The notes: generated from the letters alone by a model not told the origin. Positions 48,042 to 60,648 are shown, counted from the first letter of the stretch. The stretch is 64,000 nucleotides of DNA from an uncultured Candidatus Binatia bacterium (GCA_965215605.1 OZ244070.1:2688001-2752000), one strand, 5' to 3'. Program-made: numbers and translations.

Positions 48042-49349
48042 ATGCGATGGTGGATCATCGCCGGGTTGACGTTTTGCTGGCTGTTTCCGGCGTTGGCCCA
48101 GGCGCAGGTCAAGGGCCTCATCGTCGGCCCCGGCGCCCAACGTTACCGGCTGGCGGTTTCGCCGCTCAGGAACCTGGGGGCCGCCGGCGACGCCGGGCGC
48201 CTTTCCAAGCGCATCGCGGACGTCATCGCGGACGATCTCGATCGTTCCGGCTGGTTCAAGATCATCGACCGCTCCGCCTACCTCGAGCACCCGCAACGTA
48301 CCGGTATCCGGCTGGGCCGCTTCGACTTCAGGGACTGGGCGACCATCGGCGCGGAGGGCCTGGTAAAGGGAGGCTTCAGCGTCCAGGGCGACCGGGTCAA
48401 GTTCGAGTTCTGGCTCTACGATGTATTCCGCCGGGAATCGGTCATCGGCAAGGCGTACTCGGGTGACATCGATGACGCGCGGCGCATGGCGCACAAGTTC
48501 GTCGACGAGATCATCCTCGAGCTGACCGGCATCCGCGGCGTGTTCGATACCAGGATCGCGTACGTGTCGACCGGAGGGGACCGGTTCAAGGAAATCTACG
48601 TTTCGCATCTCGACGGGACCGAGAGAAAGAAGGTCACCGACAACCGGACCATCAATCTGTTTCCGTCGTGGGCGCCCGACGGCAAGGGCCTCGTCTACAC
48701 GTCGTACAAGAAGGGCAAACCCCACTTCCTGAGCTTCGATCTGGTGGCCAACCGGGAGAAGCCGATCTCGGCGCGCGACGGCCTGCACCTGGGCGGGCGC
48801 TGGTCGCCGGACGGGCGTCACCTTGTCCTCGCCCTGGAACAAGGGCGAAACGTGGACCTTTACCTGTTGAACCCCGCGGGTCGTATCGTCCGGCGCCTTA
48901 CCCGGAACGCCGGCATCGATGTCTCGCCGACCTGGTCGCCGTCGGGTGACCGGATTGCCTTCGCGTCCGACCAGTACGGCACCCCGCAACTCTACATCCT
49001 GACGCTTGCCTCGAAAGCCATCAAGAGGCTGACCTTCAAGGGCTCCTACAATCAGTCGCCGGATTGGTCGCCGTCGGGTGACCGGATCGCGTTTACGGGA
49101 AGGTCCAACGGCGTCCTGAACATCTTTACCATCCGGCCCGATGGACGCGAGCACCGGATGATCACCTCCAATCGCCACAACGACGAAGATCCGTCGTGGG
49201 CTCCGGACGGAAGGTTCCTTGCCTTTGCGTCCGACAGATCCGGTTCCCGCCGGATCTACACCATGCGCGTGGACGGCGAGAGCCAGCGCAGATTGACAGG
49301 GTCTACGGGAGATGATACAGATCCGTCATGGTCACCGAGGCTTCCATAG
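48042..49349 (+). CDS. tolB: TolB beta-propeller protein
   Basis: Signal peptide, AHKFVDEI...TRIAYV, repeated PxWSPDG. Confidence 0.95.
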   Translation: MRWWIIAGLTFCWLFPALAQAQVKGLIVGPGAQRYRLAVSPLRNLGAAGDAGRLSKRIADVIADDLDRSGWFKIIDRSAYLEHPQRTGIRLGRFDFRDWATIGAEGLVKGGFSVQGDRVKFEFWLYDVFRRESVIGKAYSGDIDDARRMAHKFVDEIILELTGIRGVFDTRIAYVSTGGDRFKEIYVSHLDGTERKKVTDNRTINLFPSWAPDGKGLVYTSYKKGKPHFLSFDLVANREKPISARDGLHLGGRWSPDGRHLVLALEQGRNVDLYLLNPAGRIVRRLTRNAGIDVSPTWSPSGDRIAFASDQYGTPQLYILTLASKAIKRLTFKGSYNQSPDWSPSGDRIAFTGRSNGVLNIFTIRPDGREHRMITSNRHNDEDPSWAPDGRFLAFASDRSGSRRIYTMRVDGESQRRLTGSTGDDTDPSWSPRLP

Positions 49350-49406
49350 CCCGGTACAGAGTCACGCCCTGATTATCCAGCCCAGGGAAAGGCAGAGAGT
49401 AAACGG

Positions 49407-49991
49407 ATGAAAAGAAACACGTTTTTCTTGCTGTTTTGTTCCCTCTCCCTCACCATGCTTGTCTCCTGCGCGCCGCCTCCCGTGGAGCCGGAAGAGGAGC
49501 TTTCGTCCACCCCGCCCGTGGGTGAGACGGCGGTTCAAAGCGACGCCGGCGCCATTGCCGAGGGCAATCTCGCGCAGACGACGCAGGAGGGGACGGGTCA
49601 GACGAGCCTGAAGGCTCACCAGGAAGGCACGTTGCCGGAACCCGGCGTCCTGGCGGACGTTTTCTTCGCCTTCGACCGTTCCGAGCTCGACCCGGCCGCT
49701 CGTGACGCCCTGCAAAGCAATTCCGAGTGGATCAAGCAGAACTCCGCGGTCACCGTCGAGATCGAAGGGCACGCGGACAACCGGGGAACCAACGAGTACA
49801 ATCTGGCCTTGGGCGCCAGAAGGGCGCAGGCCGTCAAGGACTATCTCGTCACATTGGGAAACGCGCCGGATCGTCTGACCACCATCAGCTACGGGGAAGA
49901 GCTCCCGGTCTGCGGCGTGGACTCCGAAGAGTGCTGGGGCAAGAACCGTCGTGCGCACTTCGTCGTCCGGGCCCAGAAGCCGTCCTCGTAA
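49407..49991 (+). CDS. pal: Peptidoglycan-associated lipoprotein
   Basis: Lipobox LVSC, EGHADNRGTNEYNLALGARRA, NRRA. Confidence 0.96.
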   Translation: MKRNTFFLLFCSLSLTMLVSCAPPPVEPEEELSSTPPVGETAVQSDAGAIAEGNLAQTTQEGTGQTSLKAHQEGTLPEPGVLADVFFAFDRSELDPAARDALQSNSEWIKQNSAVTVEIEGHADNRGTNEYNLALGARRAQAVKDYLVTLGNAPDRLTTISYGEELPVCGVDSEECWGKNRRAHFVVRAQKPSS

Positions 49992-50061
49992 GGAGTCCTG
50001 CTTGTTCCGGCTTCCTGGTCAAGCCCGTTCATTGGTTTTTCATATGCGAGAAGAAGGCTCC

Positions 50062-50949
50062 ATGTCGATGCGGGTCGCTGCACCGGCCATGTTGGCCGTG
50101 CTGTTTCTGGCCTCCACGTGGGGATGCCAGGTCGACTATCACGCGGCTCCGGCGCCCTATGATCGAGCGCCCCTGACGGCGGCGGAACGGGAAGAGTTGA
50201 ACCAGTTGAAGGCGGAACTCGAACAGGCCCGGAAACAGTTGGCGGACACTCGCGCGGAGGTGGCCGCCGTGGGCGGGCGGGTGAACTCCGTGGAGGGGGC
50301 GATCCAGGAGATCAGGAGCGCTCCCGGCACCGGTCCCGGGAGCGTCGCGGACCTCGGCGAGCGCCTGGCGGCTCTCGAGACGGAAGTCCAGACGCAGCGA
50401 GAGCTCCTGAAGGTACGCGAGGACGAGCTCCGGCTGTTGCGGGACGCGGTGCTCCCGTCCGGCAAGGCGCCGGGTGTTGCCGCGTCCGCGGATCCGAAGA
50501 CGGATCCCGGGACAGCCAAGCCGGATGCTCCGCCGAAGACCGCCGATCCAGCTCAGGCGGCGGCCACCACCCCGGGGGCCGAACAGGACTACGAGAATGC
50601 CTGGAAGCGCTTGAGGGAAAAGGACTACCGCGGCGCCATTCAGCAGTTCAAGAAGTTCGTCGAGAACCATCCGAAGAACGGCCTGACCGACAACGCCCAA
50701 TATTGGATCGGCGAAAGCTACTATGCGCTCAAGGAGTTCGACCAGGCCATTCTGGAATTCGACGAAGTTCGCAAGAAGTACGCCGACGGCGACAAGGCTC
50801 CCGCGGCCTGGCTCAAGATAGGCTTTGCCTTCGCCGAGTTGGGGAATCGCGTGGACGCCAGGCTCATTCTCCAGGAAGTCATCAACCGGTATCCGCAATC
50901 CGACGCAGCCGAAAAGGCTCGAGAAAAGATCCAGGCCCTGGACACATGA
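50062..50949 (+). CDS. cpoB: Tol-pal system protein YbgF/CpoB
   Basis: Coiled coil plus TPR NAQYWIGESYY; follows pal. Confidence 0.9.
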   Translation: MSMRVAAPAMLAVLFLASTWGCQVDYHAAPAPYDRAPLTAAEREELNQLKAELEQARKQLADTRAEVAAVGGRVNSVEGAIQEIRSAPGTGPGSVADLGERLAALETEVQTQRELLKVREDELRLLRDAVLPSGKAPGVAASADPKTDPGTAKPDAPPKTADPAQAAATTPGAEQDYENAWKRLREKDYRGAIQQFKKFVENHPKNGLTDNAQYWIGESYYALKEFDQAILEFDEVRKKYADGDKAPAAWLKIGFAFAELGNRVDARLILQEVINRYPQSDAAEKAREKIQALDT

Positions 50950-51066
50950 CCCGGGTGCCGCGGCTCTCCCGCGACTTCGAGGACCGGAATCCGGGCGTGG
51001 CCCCGAAGGTGCCTGCACGAGCGGTCCGCCGAACGCCACAGCCCCCGGATGCGGGGTTGAAACACC

Positions 51067-52038
51067 ATGCAGATTCTGCGGCACGTCAAGCGCAAGATCG
51101 TTCGTCCCGTCGTCACCATCGGGAACTTCGACGGTGTGCACCTGGGGCACCAGGACCTTCTGCGCCGGATTATGGAAGACGCGCGGTCACGGGGCGGATC
51201 CTCGGTGGTGTTGACCTTCGAACCCCATCCGCTCAAGATTCTCGCTCCCAGGTTCGCGCCCCGGCTGATCCTCACGCGCCAGGACAAACTGGCGCTCCTG
51301 CGCGGCGTCGGCATCGACTTCGTGGTGATCCAACGGTTCACGCCGGCCTTCTGCGCATTGTCCGCTCAAGAATTCGTGAAGCACTACCTGGCCGGGCTCG
51401 GGGTGGAAGTCCTGTGGGTCGGAGAGGACTTCCGGTTCGGCAAGGACCGGGCCGGTACGGTGGACGAGCTGATGGAATGGGGGTCCGCGGCGGGGATGGA
51501 GATCAGGGTCATTACACCCGTGGCGGATTCGCAACAGGCCATCAGCAGCAGCCGTATCCGTAGGCTGGTGGAAGAAGGCCGGGTCGACGCGGCGCGGCGG
51601 CATCTGGGCCGCAGCCACTTCATTACCGGCGCCGTGGTCAAGGGAAATCAAAGGGGGCGGGAGCTTGGCTTCCCCACCGCCAATGTGCGCACCCGGACGG
51701 AGGTGGTCCCCGCCAACGGAATCTATGCGACGTTGATACGGGTGGAAGGACGGGTTCTCGACAGCGTCACCAGCATCGGCGTCAATCCCACCTTCGGGCC
51801 GGGCGCCAGAACCATCGAGACGCACATCCTGGACTTCGAGGAGGATCTTTACGGACGCCGGGTGCAGGTGTTCTTTGTGGAACGACTTCGGGAGGAACGG
51901 AACTTTCCGTCCGTGCGGGATCTTGTCCGGCAGATCGAAGCGGATGTCGTCGATGCCCGCCTCGTGCTGGTCGGCGCCGGCGCCGAGAGCCTGACCGGGC
52001 CGTGCTTGACAAAGCCGCCTGTATCACCTAGTATCTAG
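51067..52038 (+). CDS. ribF: Bifunctional riboflavin kinase/FAD synthetase
   Basis: GNFDGVHLGH, ISSSRIR, GFPTAN. Confidence 0.97.
   Translation: MQILRHVKRKIVRPVVTIGNFDGVHLGHQDLLRRIMEDARSRGGSSVVLTFEPHPLKILAPRFAPRLILTRQDKLALLRGVGIDFVVIQRFTPAFCALSAQEFVKHYLAGLGVEVLWVGEDFRFGKDRAGTVDELMEWGSAAGMEIRVITPVADSQQAISSSRIRRLVEEGRVDAARRHLGRSHFITGAVVKGNQRGRELGFPTANVRTRTEVVPANGIYATLIRVEGRVLDSVTSIGVNPTFGPGARTIETHILDFEEDLYGRRVQVFFVERLREERNFPSVRDLVRQIEADVVDARLVLVGAGAESLTGPCLTKPPVSPSI
52006..52034 (+). promoter_or_regulatory. Sigma70-type promoter upstream of rho
   Basis: TTGACA-N17-TAGTAT within the ribF 3' end. Confidence 0.65.
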
Positions 52039-52199
52039 ACCATCGCCCGCTATGATGTGACCCAATCGTTTCCGACCCGGTCCGCATTAATCAATCATTG
52101 CTACATCCGTTCCGTTTGAATCGATCCGTTTCGCCGGCTTTGCACCCGTTTCTTGTCCGGGCTCACAGGCCGCCGGCAGTGTGACTGAAAGGAAGTCTT

Positions 52200-53561
<1,362 letters not shown>

Positions 53562-53764
53562 CCGGACCCCGCGGGCTCCTGAGTTCCCTTGCGCCGGGCT
53601 GCCGATTTTGTTAATAGCCTTCGTTGCTTTCTTCCATTCCCGGTAGCGCACAGCGGGTAGTGGCCTGTATGGTGCAGGCCACTGTGGACCGGCAGTTCAC
53701 TCCACAGGTTGGCAAGGCAGGACAACAGAATGTTGAGCTACGTGAAATTCGAGGTTCTGGCGTT

Positions 53765-54748
53765 ATGACAGATGTAACAATGAAGCAGCTTCTGGAGGCC
53801 GGGGTGCACTTCGGCCATCAGACCAGTCGCTGGAATCCCAAGATGAAGCCCTACATTTTCGGGGCTCGGAACGGGATTCATATCATCGACCTGCAGCAGA
53901 CCGTAAGGATGGTGAAGGATGTCTGCGCCCAGGTCCGCGACCTGATCGTGTCAGGCGGCCACGTCCTGTTCGTGGGGACCAAGAAGCAGGCGCAGGATTC
54001 GGTTCGGGAAGAGGCGGAACGCTGCGGCATGTCCTACGTTCATCATCGGTGGCTGGGCGGCACGTTGACCAACTTCCAGACCGTCCGGCAGAGCATCGAA
54101 CGCCTCAAGAAGCTGGAGGAAATGGCCAACGACCCCAAGATCATCGAGGCGTTGACCAAGAAGGAGATGCTTTCGCACAGCCGCGAGCAGGCCAAGCTGG
54201 AACGCGCCCTGGGCGGCATCAAGGACATCAAGAAGCTGCCGGACGCGGTCTTCATCATCGACCCCGGCCAGGAGGCCATCGCGGTCCGTGAGGCTCGCAA
54301 GCTGGGCATCAAGGTCATCGCGATCGTCGACAGCGACTGCGATCCGGATCTGGTGGACTACAAGATCCCGGGCAACGACGATGCGATTCGCGCCATTCGT
54401 CTCTTTTGCAGCTTGATGGCCGAGGCCGTCAATGAAGGCAAGGCGTTCTGCGACCAGGCGAAGATGGAAGCTGAAGCCGCGCAAGCCGAAGCCGCGCAAG
54501 CCGAAGCCGCTTCGGAAGGGGAGCAGGCGGTGGAGGAACCGGCGGCAGCCGAGGCGGTAGCAGCGCCCGAAACGGCCCAGCCGGAAGCAGCGGAACCGCC
54601 GGCACCAGCGGCCGAGCAGGGGGCTTCCGCGGAACCGGCGGCAGCAACCACGCCGGCAGCAACTGCCGAGGGGGCGCCGGCGGAGCCCGCCAAGGAGAAT
54701 GCGGAGCCCGACAAGTCCACGGATGCGCCGAATGCGGCGGGGAGTTGA
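53765..54748 (+). CDS. rpsB: 30S ribosomal protein S2 with acidic Ala/Pro-rich tail
   Basis: [29 protein letters not shown]. Confidence 0.98.
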   Translation: MTDVTMKQLLEAGVHFGHQTSRWNPKMKPYIFGARNGIHIIDLQQTVRMVKDVCAQVRDLIVSGGHVLFVGTKKQAQDSVREEAERCGMSYVHHRWLGGTLTNFQTVRQSIERLKKLEEMANDPKIIEALTKKEMLSHSREQAKLERALGGIKDIKKLPDAVFIIDPGQEAIAVREARKLGIKVIAIVDSDCDPDLVDYKIPGNDDAIRAIRLFCSLMAEAVNEGKAFCDQAKMEAEAAQAEAAQAEAASEGEQAVEEPAAAEAVAAPETAQPEAAEPPAPAAEQGASAEPAAATTPAATAEGAPAEPAKENAEPDKSTDAPNAAGS

Positions 54749-54753
54749 TGTAC

Positions 54754-55359
54754 ATGGCCATCGATGCAAGCCTGGTCAAACAACTGCGGGAGAAAACGGG
54801 CGCCGGATTCATGGATTGCAAGAAGGCCCTGATCGAGTGCGAGGGTGACTTCGAGAAATCCGTGGACCACCTGAGAGCGAAGGGATTGGCGCTGGCCGCG
54901 CGCAAGTCGGAGCGTGAGGCGAGCGAAGGTCTTGTGGGCGCGTATATCCACGGCGGAAACAAGATCGGGGTGCTCCTGGAAGTGAATTGCGAGACGGACT
55001 TCGTGGCCCGGACCGAGGAGTTCCAGGCCCTGGTCAAGGATCTTTCCATGCAGATCGCGGCGGCCAGCCCGCGCTACGTGCGGCGCGAGGAGGTCGGCGC
55101 GGATGAGCTGGAGCGGGAGAAGGCCATCTACCGGCAACAGGCCGAGGAGTTGAACAAGCCGGAGCCCGTGCTGGCCAAGATCGTGGACGGAAAGATAGGG
55201 CGTTTCTACGAGGAAGCGTGTCTCATGGAGCAGGCCTTCATCAAGGAGCCGACCCGCCGAGTCAACGACCTGATCCAGGACGCCATTGCGCGTCTGGGCG
55301 AAAACATCCGGGTCAGGCGTTTCGTACGCTACTCCGTGGGCGAGGGAATGAACGAATAG
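54754..55359 (+). CDS. tsf: Elongation factor Ts (short form)
   Basis: VKQLREKTGAG, EVNCETDFVA. Confidence 0.98.
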   Translation: MAIDASLVKQLREKTGAGFMDCKKALIECEGDFEKSVDHLRAKGLALAARKSEREASEGLVGAYIHGGNKIGVLLEVNCETDFVARTEEFQALVKDLSMQIAAASPRYVRREEVGADELEREKAIYRQQAEELNKPEPVLAKIVDGKIGRFYEEACLMEQAFIKEPTRRVNDLIQDAIARLGENIRVRRFVRYSVGEGMNE

Positions 55360-55377
55360 CGTCAGGGGTCCCACCGA

Positions 55378-56124
55378 ATGACCGGCGTGGAGTTGAGATA
55401 CAAACGGGTCATTCTGAAGATCACAGGAGAGGTGCTCGCGGGCGAGCGCCAGTACGGCATCGATCCGGCCACCGTCGCGCGGTTCGTGGAAGAGATCCGG
55501 GAGGTTCACGAGCTCGGCTGTGAAATTGCCTTGGTGATCGGCGGCGGCAACATCCTGCGGGGCGCCGAGGCCAGTGACCACGGCATCGACCGGGCCAGCG
55601 CCGACTACATGGGCATGCTGGCGACGGTCATCAACAGCATCGCGCTCCAGGACGCGTTGGAAAAGATCGGTGTTTCAACGCGTGTCATGTCGGCCATCGA
55701 GATGCGACAGGTGGCCGAGTTGTACATTCGCCGGCGGGCGGTGAGGCACCTGGAGAAGGGCCGGGTGGTGATCTTCGCGGGCGGAACCGGCAACCCCTAC
55801 TTCACCACCGACACCACCGCGAGCCTGCGGGCCATGGAAGTGGGCGCGGAAGTGATCCTGAAGGCCACCAAGGTCCGCGGCGTCTACGACACCGATCCCA
55901 TGAAGAACGACGGCGCGAAGCTTTTCCGTGAGCTCACCCACATGGAGGTGCTCAGCAAGGAGCTCAAAGTGATGGACGCCACCGCCATCTCTCTTTGCAT
56001 GGACAACAAGCTTCCCATCATCGTCTTCAACGTCATGGAGCGCGGCAACATCCGCAAGGTGGTAGGCGGCCAACCCATCGGGACCCTGGTAGGGGTCGGT
56101 GACCGCGACGCGGCGCGCCAATAG
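55378..56124 (+). CDS. pyrH: UMP kinase
   Basis: [17 protein letters not shown]. Confidence 0.98.
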   Translation: MTGVELRYKRVILKITGEVLAGERQYGIDPATVARFVEEIREVHELGCEIALVIGGGNILRGAEASDHGIDRASADYMGMLATVINSIALQDALEKIGVSTRVMSAIEMRQVAELYIRRRAVRHLEKGRVVIFAGGTGNPYFTTDTTASLRAMEVGAEVILKATKVRGVYDTDPMKNDGAKLFRELTHMEVLSKELKVMDATAISLCMDNKLPIIVFNVMERGNIRKVVGGQPIGTLVGVGDRDAARQ

Positions 56125-56131
56125 GTGAGAC

Positions 56132-56689
56132 ATGGACGAGGTCTTCTACAGCATCTTCCAGGAAGAGGTGGAGAAAACCATGGCGGCCATGCGCCGGGAG
56201 CTTGCACGGGTGCGGACGGGACGGGCGTCGGCGTCGCTGTTCGATGGGGTGGTGGTGGAATACTACGGCACCGCCACCCCGCTGAACCAGATCGCCACCA
56301 TCGCGGTCCCCGAGCCGCGCCTCGTCACGATCCAGGCGTACGATTCGAGCGCCATCGGGGGCATCGAGAAGGCCATCCTCAAGGCCGGCCTCGGCCTGAC
56401 ACCCGCCAATGACGGCAAGTTGATCCGGGTGCCGATACCGGAGCTCAGCGGCGAGCGGCGCAACGAGCTGGTGAAGCAGACCCGCAAGACCGCCGAAGAG
56501 TATCGCGTCTCGGTGCGGAACCACCGCCGCGCCGCCATCGACGATCTGAAGCAGATGCAGAAGGACAAGGAGATCACCGAGGACGAGGTGAAGCACGCCC
56601 AGGACCGCATCCAGAAAATGACCGCCGATTACGTCACCAGGGTGGACGGTTTCCTCAAGGCCAAGGAAGAGGAAATCATGGAGGTCTAG
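56132..56689 (+). CDS. frr: Ribosome recycling factor
   Basis: RTGRAS, YYG..PL, KEEEIMEV. Confidence 0.98.
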   Translation: MDEVFYSIFQEEVEKTMAAMRRELARVRTGRASASLFDGVVVEYYGTATPLNQIATIAVPEPRLVTIQAYDSSAIGGIEKAILKAGLGLTPANDGKLIRVPIPELSGERRNELVKQTRKTAEEYRVSVRNHRRAAIDDLKQMQKDKEITEDEVKHAQDRIQKMTADYVTRVDGFLKAKEEEIMEV

Positions 56690-56829
56690 TGTTGCGTTCC
56701 GCGAATACGTTGACGAAGATGCGCAGGAATTTCAGTCGTCGGCAAGGCGCGATGACGAGCAGTGGCGTGTACCACGCGAGGAAGACCCCGGGTCCAGCCA
56801 TCATGCGAATGAACCGGACAGGACATTAG
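56686..56829 (+). repeat. MITE-like repeat, longest copy
   Basis: Starts CTAGTGTT, ends GGACAGGACATTAG, which is nearly the reverse complement of the CTAGTGTTCTGTCC left end at 33463. Confidence 0.85.
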
Positions 56830-56853
56830 CGTCCGCCCTCCGATCTTTCAGGA

Positions 56854-57597
56854 ATGGATCTCTACGGGCTGGAAAAGAGCCGACTGCCCACCCATGTCGC
56901 GATCATCATGGACGGCAATGGCCGCTGGGCCAGGCTGCGGGGGAGGAGCCGCATCGAAGGTCACCGTGAGGGGACGGAGTCGGTCAGGGCCACGGTGGAG
57001 GTGAGCCGCAACCTCGGTATTCGCTACCTGTCACTGTACGCATTCTCCTACGAAAACTGGAATCGGCCCCACGACGAGGTCGAGGGGCTGATGGGACTCC
57101 TGGAGGACTACCTGGAGTGCGAGCAGGAGCGCATGATGCGTGAGGGGATCCGCCTCATGGCCATCGGCGACCGGGCGCGTCTGCCGCTCTCGGTGCGCCG
57201 GGTGTTGGACCACAACATTCGCCTTACACGCAAGAACACCGCCATTACCGTCATTCTGGCCCTCAGCTACAGCGGCCGCCGCGACATCGTCAAGACCGTG
57301 CGGGACATTGCCCGGAAAGTGAAGGCCGGGCGCTGCAAGCTCGCTGAGATCGACGAGTCGATGATCGCCGCCAACACGGAGACCGGGCCTATCCCGGACC
57401 CGGACCTGTTGATCCGCACCAGCGGAGAGATGCGCATCAGCAACTTCTTCCTGTGGCAGATACCCTACACCGAACTGTACATCACGCCCACCCTCTGGCC
57501 CGACTTTTCGGAGCAACAGTACGTTCAGGCGCTGCAGGAATTCCAACGGCGGAAGCGCCGTTTCGGCAAAACCGACGAGCAGCTCCTTCAAGGCTAG
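56854..57597 (+). CDS. uppS: Undecaprenyl diphosphate synthase
   Basis: HVAIIMDGNGRWA, FS.ENW.R, IRTSGEMRISNF. Confidence 0.98.
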   Translation: MDLYGLEKSRLPTHVAIIMDGNGRWARLRGRSRIEGHREGTESVRATVEVSRNLGIRYLSLYAFSYENWNRPHDEVEGLMGLLEDYLECEQERMMREGIRLMAIGDRARLPLSVRRVLDHNIRLTRKNTAITVILALSYSGRRDIVKTVRDIARKVKAGRCKLAEIDESMIAANTETGPIPDPDLLIRTSGEMRISNFFLWQIPYTELYITPTLWPDFSEQQYVQALQEFQRRKRRFGKTDEQLLQG

Positions 57598-57616
57598 TGC
57601 ACATGGGGTTACGCAG

Positions 57617-58390
57617 ATGCGCAACCGGGTGCTGACCGCACTGGTCGGGATTCCCGTCGTCGTGGGGATCATCGTGCTCGACAGCGTCTGGCTGTTCACG
57701 TCGTTCATCGAGATCCTCACCCTCATCGCCCTGTGCGAGTACTTCCGCATGGCCTTTCCGGACCATGGATGGGTGCGCCTGAGCGGGATCGCGGCCGGCC
57801 TGCTGATGTCGCTGACGTTGATGGTTCCCGGGCTGTCGGGCTTCCTGCCGGTGGTGGTGGCCGGCTTGTGCGCGGTTTTCGTCTTCACCGGCGGTGCGGT
57901 GGAGGAGCGTTACCGGCACCTGGGCCTTGCGTTGGCCGGGGCCCTGTACCTGGGATATCTGTTCCCCCATTTCGCGATCCTTTACCGTAGCGGCTACCCA
58001 TGGGTGCTGTGGGTGCTGATCGTGGTTTTCGTCGCCGACAGCGCCGGCTACTTTGCCGGTGTGGCCCTGGGCCGAAGAAAGTTGTATCCTTCGGTCAGCC
58101 CGGGGAAAACCGTTGAAGGATCGGTGGCCGCCACCGTGGCGGGAGTCGCCGCCGGATGGCTTTCGGGCTGGTGGCTTCTGGACTTGCCGTCCGCTCCGCT
58201 GCTGGGGTTTTCCCTGGCTGTCGTCCTCGTCGCCCAGGTCGGCGACCTGTTCGAATCGGTGATCAAGCGGGGCTTCGCGGTCAAGGATTCGGGCGGTATC
58301 CTGCCCGGCCACGGCGGCCTCATGGATCGGCTCGACAGCCTGATCTTTCCGGGAGTCCTGAGCGCCTACTGCCTGCGGTTCTTGTCATGA
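57617..58390 (+). CDS. cdsA: Phosphatidate cytidylyltransferase
   Basis: SPGKTVEG, GDLFESVIKR..VKDSG..PGHGG..DRLD. Confidence 0.97.
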   Translation: MRNRVLTALVGIPVVVGIIVLDSVWLFTSFIEILTLIALCEYFRMAFPDHGWVRLSGIAAGLLMSLTLMVPGLSGFLPVVVAGLCAVFVFTGGAVEERYRHLGLALAGALYLGYLFPHFAILYRSGYPWVLWVLIVVFVADSAGYFAGVALGRRKLYPSVSPGKTVEGSVAATVAGVAAGWLSGWWLLDLPSAPLLGFSLAVVLVAQVGDLFESVIKRGFAVKDSGGILPGHGGLMDRLDSLIFPGVLSAYCLRFLS

Positions 58391-59553
58391 AATCCATCGT
58401 CATACTGGGCTCCACCGGCACCATCGGCGTCAACGCACTGGACGTCATCCGGACCTTCAAGCGCCGCTTCAAGGTCAGCGGTCTGGTGGCCGGGCGCAAC
58501 CTGGAGTTGCTGGCCCGCCAGATCGCCGAGTTCACCCCGCGTATCGTCAGCGTGAGGGACCGGGACGATGTCGACGCCCTGCGGAAGCTCATCGGCCGGC
58601 GCCGGGTCGATCTGGTGTTCGGCGAGGAGGGAGCGGTGGCCGCGGCCACCGAGCCCACGGCGGACTTCGTGCTGGCCGCCATCGTGGGCGGGGCTGGGCT
58701 GGTGCCGACCTTCGCCGCGGTGCAGGCAGGCAAGGACGTGGGACTGGCCAACAAGGAAGCCTTGGTCATGTCGGGCGAGCTCTTCGTCCGCGAGGCTCGG
58801 AAACGGGGGGTGCGGCTCCTGCCGGTGGACAGCGAGCACAGCGCGGTGTTTCAGTGTCTCGAGGGCAACCGCCGCGAGGACGTGGACAAGATCGTTCTGA
58901 CCGCATCGGGCGGACCGTTCCTGCGCACGCCGCTGCGGGAGTTGCGCCGTGTGACCATCCAGCAGGCGCTGCGGCACCCCACCTGGAAGATGGGACCCAA
59001 GATCACCATCGATTCCGCCACCATGATGAACAAGGGGCTGGAGGTGATCGAGGCCCGCTGGCTGTTCGGTGTGCCCGCGGAGCGGGTGGAGGTGACCATC
59101 CATCCCCAAAGCATCGTCCACTCCATGGTGCGCTACCGCGACGGCGCGGTCATGGCCCAGCTCGGGATTCCCGACATGCGCATTCCCATCGCCTACGCGC
59201 TCTCATACCCTGAACGGCTCGATGTCGGGCTGGCGCCGTTGAACCTGCAGAAGGAGGCGGAGCTCACCTTCGCGAAGGTGGAGAGCCGGCGCTATCCGGC
59301 GCTGGACATCGCCTACGGAGCTCTGGCCCGGGGCGGTACGGCGCCGCCTGTTCTCAACGCCGCCAACGAGGTGGCGGTGGCCGCTTTCCTGGACGGACGC
59401 ATCGGTTTCCGCCAGATCCACGAGATCAGCCGGAAGACCATCGAGTCCCACGAGTCCGTCAAGCCGAGGAACCTGCAACAGGTCCTCGACGCCGATCGGT
59501 GGGCCCGAGGGTTCGCCCGGGACCTCGCGCAAGGCAACGGTTCGGCGCGGTGA
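58387..59553 (+). CDS. dxr: 1-deoxy-D-xylulose 5-phosphate reductoisomerase
   Basis: LGSTG, LANKE, PVDSEH, HPTW.MG.KITIDSA. Confidence 0.98.
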   Translation: MKSIVILGSTGTIGVNALDVIRTFKRRFKVSGLVAGRNLELLARQIAEFTPRIVSVRDRDDVDALRKLIGRRRVDLVFGEEGAVAAATEPTADFVLAAIVGGAGLVPTFAAVQAGKDVGLANKEALVMSGELFVREARKRGVRLLPVDSEHSAVFQCLEGNRREDVDKIVLTASGGPFLRTPLRELRRVTIQQALRHPTWKMGPKITIDSATMMNKGLEVIEARWLFGVPAERVEVTIHPQSIVHSMVRYRDGAVMAQLGIPDMRIPIAYALSYPERLDVGLAPLNLQKEAELTFAKVESRRYPALDIAYGALARGGTAPPVLNAANEVAVAAFLDGRIGFRQIHEISRKTIESHESVKPRNLQQVLDADRWARGFARDLAQGNGSAR

Positions 59554-60626
59554 TCGACGTCGCCTACATGATCGTCGCCGCCATCGTGGCGTTCGGCGTG
59601 CTGGTGTTTCTCCACGAGTTGGGTCACTTCCTCGTGGCCAAGAAAGCCGGCGTGGGCGTGTTGACCTTCTCCATCGGTTTCGGTCCGAAGGTGTTGATCC
59701 GCCGCTACGGCGAAACGGAATATTGCGTGAGCGCCTTTCCCCTCGGAGGATACGTCAAGATGGTGGGCGAGGACCCGCAGGAGGACGTCGGCGCCGGGGA
59801 CCTTGACCGTTCCTTCGCGCACCGGAGTCTGGCCAGCCGCACCGCCATCGTGGTGGCGGGGCCGGGGGCCAACTTCCTGCTGGCCATGGCGGTGTTTCTT
59901 TTCGTCTTCATGGTATTCGGCGTGCCCTACCGCACCGCCGAGGTCGGCGGCGTCAAGGCCGGTTCCCCCGCGGCCGGGGCGGGGCTGGAGGCCGGGGACC
60001 GCGTGGTCATGGTGCGCGACCGGCCCGTTCGTTCATGGGACCAGTTGTCCGCCGCAGTGAGGGCGAGCCAGGGCCGTCCCTTGCATCTGGGCGTCGCCCG
60101 AGGCGAACGGGAGTTCTCGGTGACGCTGAGCCCCGAGCGGGGTGAGAGGCAAACGCTTCTGGGCGAGATCGAGGAAACCTGGCTGATCGGCGTCCAGAGC
60201 GCCGGCACGGTGGAGGTGGAGCGGAAAAATCCACTGGCCGCGGCGCGGCTTGCGGTCTCCCGCACCGTGGAGATCACACTGTTGACGTTGGAAGTGCTGG
60301 TGAAAATGGTGGTGGGGCGCGTCGACTCGTCGAATCTCGGCGGCCCGGTGATGATCGTCCAGATGGCCGGAGAGCAGGCCCAGAGGGGCGTCGCCAGCTA
60401 CCTGTTCCTGTTGGCGCTGCTGAGCATCAACCTCGGCGTGCTCAACCTGCTGCCCATCCCCATGCTGGACGGCGGACACCTGCTGTTCTTCCTCATCGAG
60501 GCGGTGCGCGGGAAACCCCTGGAAGCGCACCAACGGGAACGAGCCCAGCAGATGGGTCTGGTGCTGCTGCTCTTCGTGATGGGCTACGCGTTCTACAACG
60601 ATCTGGCTCGGATCTTCAGCGGCTGA
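59550..60626 (+). CDS. rseP: RIP metalloprotease RseP
   Basis: HELGH, GGYVKM, PDZ domain, NLLPIPMLDGG. Confidence 0.97.
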   Translation: MIDVAYMIVAAIVAFGVLVFLHELGHFLVAKKAGVGVLTFSIGFGPKVLIRRYGETEYCVSAFPLGGYVKMVGEDPQEDVGAGDLDRSFAHRSLASRTAIVVAGPGANFLLAMAVFLFVFMVFGVPYRTAEVGGVKAGSPAAGAGLEAGDRVVMVRDRPVRSWDQLSAAVRASQGRPLHLGVARGEREFSVTLSPERGERQTLLGEIEETWLIGVQSAGTVEVERKNPLAAARLAVSRTVEITLLTLEVLVKMVVGRVDSSNLGGPVMIVQMAGEQAQRGVASYLFLLALLSINLGVLNLLPIPMLDGGHLLFFLIEAVRGKPLEAHQRERAQQMGLVLLLFVMGYAFYNDLARIFSG

Positions 60627-60648
60627 CGCAACGCGGCGGACACGAACC

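Noticed and set aside
54466-54748. Repetitive EAAQA/Ala-Pro tail of RpsB, and the Pro/Lys repeats of TolA
   Set aside because: Common low-complexity protein segments, not DNA repeat elements.
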